Shown here piece by piece: positions 58,468 to 64,000 of a stretch of DNA of 64,000 nt. Both the position numbers and the translations under genes were made by a program. Each line of letters opens with the position of its first letter. The stretch's first letter is position 1. Origin of the DNA: Octopus vulgaris (lineage: Eukaryota); NCBI GenBank assembly GCA_951406725.2, contig OX597826.1:5518001-5582000 (forward strand), in the 5' to 3' direction. The notes under the pieces were generated by a model. It was not told the DNA's origin and ran no database searches. It worked only from the letters and a program-made list of their open reading frames with translations.

Positions 58468-59020
58468 TGGTGGCTGCCCCCTCGTTATCGAGTATGGCCA
58501 TTGCTCGAAGCTTAATCAATGTTGTTATCGTGCAATGCCTGTGCAAGAAGATTTTCTTTTAATGAGGAAAGGCTGTGCACTGAGTCAATCCCACTCACTA
58601 AGCAACAGCAGCCATAATCCGAAAAGAAGAACAAGTCAACATCATCGGTGACCACTGAGCCGCAGGTTTTATGTCGGAGTTATCCCAGTTACCTGAGTTA
58701 CCTTCTCCTAAAAGGATGCCCTAACAAAGGCTAAGAGTCCTTCGCTCCCAATGGCTTAACTGCGCGATCGGGTATTCAGTCCGATTATTTCTATGTTCCC
58801 GCGCATGATACAGCCTTAAGACATTTATTGGATGGTCGTTGACTCTCAAGAGTTCCTCCGCCCTTTGACGGGTTTTGTCTTTCATCCCGCAGGGTGTCCA
58901 ATAAACACCCTCCTCACCAAGCAAGTTTGGTGGGGTTGCCGGTTTAGTCGCCGACGACCCGACCATGCAGCAGGTTGTACTGGGTTACATGTTACCTGTA
59001 GCACTCGAAAGTGACCTGGC
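58466..59020 (-). mobile_element. Non-autonomous RTE-related element
   Basis: GC-richer island between TA tracts; minus strand has RTE 5'UTR-like TAGGAGAAGGTAACTC and ATAAAACC motifs and an HDV-like fold at its 5' end. Confidence 0.65.
58938..59020 (-). ncRNA. HDV-like ribozyme fold, 5' P1 strand apparently missing
   Basis: Minus strand: GCCAGGT (P2)-CAC (P3)-TTTCGA (L3)-GTG-CTACA-GG-[P4]-CTAA-ACCGGC (P2'). Confidence 0.5.
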
Positions 59021-59074
59021 ATATATACATATATACATATATACATATATACATATATATACACACACACACAT

Positions 59075-59135
<61 letters not shown>

Positions 59136-59150
59136 TATACATATACATAT

Positions 59151-59372
59151 ACGGTTGAAGTGAAATGCTTATAAATGGAGTAATGGATAATTATATGAAA
59201 GGAGAATATATGGATATATTTCGTTACTCATTTTAGGCAATTCCTTTGCCAGTCTCCAGCAATCTGCTGTCGTATTTCTCGTAGTATCACAAGGCGTGGC
59301 TGTGGGTGGATGATAAGGAATTTGTTTCTTAACCACATGTTTGCGGGCACAGTTTCACTGCGTGGTACCTTG
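59151..59372 (+). repeat. Local direct duplication, copy 1 (partner 62176-62410), unique DNA plus SINE C head
   Basis: ACGGTTGAAGTGAAATGCTT...AGTCTCCAGCAATCTGC...TTTCACTGCGTGG occurs at both sites. Confidence 0.9.
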
Positions 59373-59385
59373 GGAGTGGTATCAT

Positions 59386-59750
59386 AGGCGCAGGAGTGGC
59401 TGTGAGGTAACTAGCTTGTTTACCAACCACATATTTACTAGTTCAATCGCACCATGGGCAAGTGACTTCTACCATAGCCTCGGGCTGACCAAAGCCTTGT
59501 GAGTAGATTTGGTCGACAGAAACTGAATGACTGTCGTATATATATATATATATATATGTATATGAGTGGGTGTGTTAACAGCCGACGCTGGTGTGTTTAC
59601 GTCCCCGTAACTTAGCGGTTCGGCAAAAGAACCGACAGAATACGTACAAGCCTTACAAATAATAAGTCCGGGGGTCGATTCTTTCCACTAAAGTCGCTGC
59701 TCCAGCATGACCGCAGTCAAATGACTGAAATAAATAAAAGAAAAAAAGAA
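59386..59750 (+). mobile_element. SINE family C, full length
   Basis: GGCGCAGGAGTGGCTGTGAGG...CAAATGACTGAAATAAATAAAAG. Confidence 0.92.
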
Positions 59751-60384
59751 TAATTGAATGTATATATGTATGAAGCTCTAGATAGCTGGATTTCTACAAC
59801 TGCCAGAATCATTTATTTAACCCTTTTCAAATCATAGCTTCTTTTCTTAAACTATATACGACATAATGGCGAGATTTGTTCCTGAATGTAGATTGACGGA
59901 GATGACTCAAATATTTGATTTTAAATATGAGCTAAACAAAACCTACATCAATAAAACCGTAAAACAAATAACCTTGACATTACAGGAACGGAAGTCGTAT
60001 TTTACAACATTTCATTTGTTGTACTTTGCCTAGAGAGAAAATACCATGGCTCTGAAAATGGTGCCTATACTATTGTTATTTTCGATCAGTTCCTTCTTTT
60101 TGCAAAGCACCAGAGTTATATGAGAATATTCCAGATGGCACGACACACAATGTCGGTTATCAGGTTTCCAAGGCAGAAATATGACCGCAACACTGTTATT
60201 TCCTATGCAAGGTACGCATTTCTGTCGTAGATTTCAATGGCAGTAATTTTTGAGGATTAGAGGTAACACTTTATTGATAGTACGGCATCAGAATTCTATA
60301 TTTATACATTAAAGAAAACGAACCGTGATAATCCCCGATTCAGTTGTATATTTTTATTGGCTGTAAACACAAGCACACACAGAC

Positions 60385-60561
60385 GATATTATTATACAAA
60401 CACACACACGTTAGTATTATACTAACACATGTTAGTATTATACTAATACATGTTAGTATTATACTAACATGTGTTGTATTATAATAACATATGTTCTATA
60501 CACGTTAATAGTATACTAATACATGTTGTATAATGCTGGCACATGTTAGTATTATACAAAC
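60385..60561. repeat. ~21-bp minisatellite ACATGTTAGTATTATACTAA(C/T)
   Basis: Several imperfect tandem units. Confidence 0.85.
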
Positions 60562-60674
60562 ACACGCACATACGTGTATGTGTGTATAATAATTTTGGTT
60601 AACAAATTTTAACCACAATTTTTCGCCTAATTTTAACTACAAAGGAACTGAACTTTATTTTGGAAGATATATAT

Positions 60675-61059
60675 GGAAGCACTCCGTCGGTTATGACGAC
60701 GAGGGTTCCGGTTGATCCGAATCAACGGAACAGCCTGCTCGTGAAATTAACGGGTAAGTGGCTGAGCACTCCACAGAGACGTGTACCCTTAACATAGTTC
60801 TCGAGGATATTCAGCGTGACACAGAGAGTGACAAGGCCGGCCCCTTGAAATACAGGTACAACAGAAACAGGAAGTAAGTGTGAGAGAAAGTTGTGGTGAA
60901 AGAGTACAGCAGGGATCACCACCATCCCCTGCCAGAGCCTCGTGGAGCTTTTAGGTGTTTTCGCTCAATAAACACTCACAACGCCCGGTCTGGGAATCGA
61001 AACCGCGATCCTATGACCGCGAGTCCGCTGCCCTAACCACTGGGCCATTGCGCCTCCAC
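60675..61059 (-). mobile_element. SINE family B, full length
   Basis: Head GTGGAGGCGCAATGGCCCAGTGG; TSD GGAAGATATATAT at 60662 and 61061. Confidence 0.95.
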
Positions 61060-61219
61060 CGGAAGATATATATACCAGTAATACGAACAAAAAATAAGTA
61101 CTTACATGTTTACATGTCTCAACGATATCATTGAAAGAAAATAAAAAGAACGCGCAAAGACGGTTACGTTAGTTTCAATGGTGTGTAAGTGACTCAGATT
61201 CTATCATTTCCCCTGCAAA

Positions 61220-61440
61220 TACGCCTCTACATTGTAAGATACAAGGCCAGCAATTTTTTTGTGGAAGGCTTCCAAGTAAGCAAGTAAATTACATCGTCTC
61301 GCATATTTGAGTGGTACCTATTTATATCAACGCTGAAGAGATGGAAACAAAAATTGACCACGGACGGGATTTGAACAGAGAATGCAAAGAGACGGAAAAA
61401 AATGCCGCTAAGCGTTGTCTTCGACATGGTAATTATCATG
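61220..61440 (-). mobile_element. SINE family A, diverged
   Basis: Reverse complement has GCTTAGCGGCATTT and GTTCAAATCCCG. Confidence 0.65.
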
Positions 61441-62175
61441 ACAGCTGGGTGTGAATGATGTCTATTTAAGATTCAATATATTCTACTGTGACAACATACG
61501 TCGTTTTAAACACTGCTTAAATGATATTTACATATATATACATATGACTATATCTATGTGCATGTTCGTCGATGTGTACGCGTGTGTGTTTCTGTGTGTT
61601 TGATGATTGGTTATTGGTTTTCATGTCCTCGTGATCTTTAAGTTTTAGATTATCTTCTAATGAGGCCAGTGTAAAATTTATCAATTATGTCCTACATGAT
61701 GTAAGATGGTAAATAATAAAGCACTCACATATAATTAGTGTGATTTTGTAATTAATTTGTCAATTAGTATGCAAATCATCTTATGTCTGTAACATTCACA
61801 ACTTTCGACAATTTCCCATATATTTTCATTAATACTGTCAAACTTAATTATCATAATAATATAATTATATATAATTAGTGCATTCTAAAGCAATCCTTTA
61901 GAACAAATATCGTGTTGAAATATTTAAAAAGACATGTATAATCATTAGCACTAATTATTTGAGTTGAGCTGATTTAGTAAAAATCATTCGATCTAATATA
62001 TTTGGAGTTCAAAACCTATAGTAGTTAAGACTTTTATGTTCCGTACTTCAGAATGTATACAATAAAAGTAAGAAATCTGAAGCAATTCAATTGTATACTA
62101 CTAAATTTCTATAATATTGCAAATAAAATCTGCAATATGCTAGGCAAACTATATTGTTTCAAGTATATACTATTA

Positions 62176-62485
62176 CGGTTGAAGTGAAATGCTTCTGAAT
62201 GGAGTAATGGTTAATTTTATGAAAAGAGAACATATCGATAAATTTCGTTTCTCAGTTCAGGCCCTTCCTTAGTCTCCAGCAATCTGCCGTCGGATTTCTC
62301 GTTGTATCACATTTATTTCTGAATAAGGCGTGGTTGTGGCTGTGTGATAAGGAGTTTGTTTCCCAACGATATGTTTGTAGGTTCAATTTCACTGCGTGGC
62401 ACTTTGGGCTGGTGTACTCTACAATATCCATACACTGACCCAAACCTTGTGAGTGGGTTTAGTGGACGGAAACGGAAAGATCCGG
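62176..62485 (+). repeat. Local direct duplication, copy 2, running into a SINE C 5' part
   Basis: Similar to 59151-59372; SINE C head at 62327-62485. Confidence 0.88.
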
Positions 62486-62499
62486 ATCTTTTATCTCTT

Positions 62500-63300
62500 A
62501 ATTGTCCCTCTCACTAAACCCTCTTTTAGCATGTTGGGAAGTTTGGCACATGCAAGGAGTCTCTGAAAAATTATCTGCAGTGGCTTTGCAAGAGCCTTTT
62601 TACAAGCCTTTAAGAGAACAGCCTGCAGTCCATGGGGGCCCGTTATTGAGTTTGATCACATCTCATCAATGACCGATATTACATCCACGTCTGTTATGAT
62701 AATGTAATCGATGGTTGCCTCTTTTCCGAATAGATTCGTTACATTGAAAATCTTCTGAAGCTCGTTCATTTGCACATTTTCCAATAGAGAAATGAAAACA
62801 CTTCGGAATTGTTTATCTAGTGCTTCACTTATCTTCCCCGAGTCGGTAGTAAGCGAGCAGTTTTTTACTGAGGCCAACTGCTTTGCCAACATGTCGAAGG
62901 CCTTAGGATTTCTTTTTATATTTTCGACTTCCCAGGTTTCTTGAGGTGTTTATTTAAGCGATATCGAAATCTTTATTCTCCGCCGCATGAATATTCTCCT
63001 ATCTCGGGGAATGATGCTTTTTGTGCATTGCCTCTCTTTTCTAGGACATATTTAATGCATCTGGTTCGCATTATTGACAGGAATTTACTGAGTTCCATAT
63101 CTGCCTTGCATAGAGAGGCTTTTAGGCCAGTCCTACTGGAGTATCTGTTTTTCAATTGTCAGGCTTCCAGTCAACTTTATAGAAATTTAGGCTAGATAGG
63201 GTTTGAGCGCCATCTGTGAGAAGTTTATATTTAGTTAATTCCGGGCCACACATTGTCAGTTCTGTTATTTAATGGTCTGAGAATATTATCGGTGATATGT
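62500..63300 (-). mobile_element. Decayed CR1-like LINE ORF2 fragment (region upstream of RT)
   Basis: IKRNPKAF, EALDKQFRSVF, SNSITGPHGLQAVLLKACKKALAKPLQIIFQ...KLP. Confidence 0.85.
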
Positions 63301-63731
63301 TTACGTTGTGGATAATTTCCACATTGTTTGTAAAACAGACCTCCATGGCCACAACGGGCACCACTAACACCAAAAGCACCACCCTCCGCCACATTTGCCG
63401 CCGCCGCTACCACCAGCACCAGCACCATCACCACCACCACCACCACCAGCACCACTACCCCTACTGCCACCATTACCCTTATCCTCTTCGTCCTCAACCA
63501 CCTCTCCATATCCTCATCTTCCTCTCCTTTGTCCTTCCGTTTATTCTCCCCTTCGTCCACCTCCCCTCTCATCCTCCTCCTCTCCTTTTTTGCTCCTCTT
63601 CCTCCTCCTCCTCCTCTTCGTGGTTATTGAAACTGTCATAAACATTACTCGACGTACGCTCACCAATACCATCATAGCATGATTGTCATCTCCCTCAGAA
63701 TAATTATTGTGTCTGCCATCAGGATATATTA

Positions 63732-63955
63732 ATTGTTTATTGCCCAAAAGAGGCTTAAAATAGAAAGGAGAAACAAGGACAGACAAATAGATTAAGTCGA
63801 TTAAATCGACCCTAGTGCGTAATTGGTACTTAATTTATCGACCCCGAAGGGATGAAGGGCAAAGTCGACCTCGGCGGAATTTGAACTCACAACGTAACGG
63901 CAGACGAAATAACGCTAAGCATTTCGTCCGACGTGTTAACGTTTCTGCCAGTCGA
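63732..63955 (-). mobile_element. SINE family A
   Basis: Reverse complement of the family A body; TSD CTG(C/T)CATCAGGATATATTA at 63713 and 63956. Confidence 0.93.
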
Positions 63956-64000
63956 CTGTCATCAGGATATATTACCTAGAATTCAATCGCAATGAGGATG

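Larger units (their letters stand above)
56200..61860 (+). pseudogene. Candidate decayed Toll-like receptor pseudogene 10
   Basis: KTFSHLIKI (~56507), FLHLELTGNL (58025), ISLLILGNSFASL (~59218), LRRCT-like REN/PWL*KWCL...TQCRLSGFQGRN (60034-60180), TM-like ~60216-60290, TIR-like LCV**LVIG (61592) and SVKFI...RW (61668-). Confidence 0.45.

Noticed and set aside
60034-60211. Apparent exon (pyrimidine tract plus TAG, ACCATGG, AG/GTACGC) with one open frame
   Set aside because: The ATG frame stops after 25 codons, the open frame has no recognisable product and no partner exons were found; the LRRCT remnant reading fits better
59150-62320. LRR-like reading on the minus strand (TADCWRL, ILDRMIFTKSAQLK)
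   Set aside because: No LRRCT/TM/TIR follows on that strand and the + strand gives the ordered architecture. It also shows how easily LRR-like strings arise by chance, which limits confidence in the TLR calls.

Overview
This is AT-rich eukaryotic DNA, most likely from a cephalopod (Octopus-like), inferred from the SINE families and microsatellite load. I can support no intact protein-coding gene, tRNA, rRNA or CRISPR array, and nearly all ORFs in the track are microsatellite artefacts. Recognisable content: (1) many copies of three tRNA-derived SINE families, several with clear target-site duplications (TSDs); (2) decayed Tc1/mariner and pogo-like DNA transposons; (3) fragments of Penelope (GIY-YIG, with hammerhead ribozyme motifs), RTE (one with a 71-bp TSD, one with an HDV-like ribozyme fold), CR1-like and RLE-type retrotransposons; (4) dense simple repeats. 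Main hypothesis: once repeats are removed, the remaining unique DNA repeatedly translates on the + strand, through stops and frameshifts, into LRR-like, LRR C-cap, TM and TIR-like segments in that order. This suggests a head-to-tail array of about 10 heavily decayed Toll-like receptor pseudogenes. The call rests on manual motif reading of AT-rich DNA, where LRR-like strings also arise by chance, so it needs a frameshift-aware profile search with shuffled controls.
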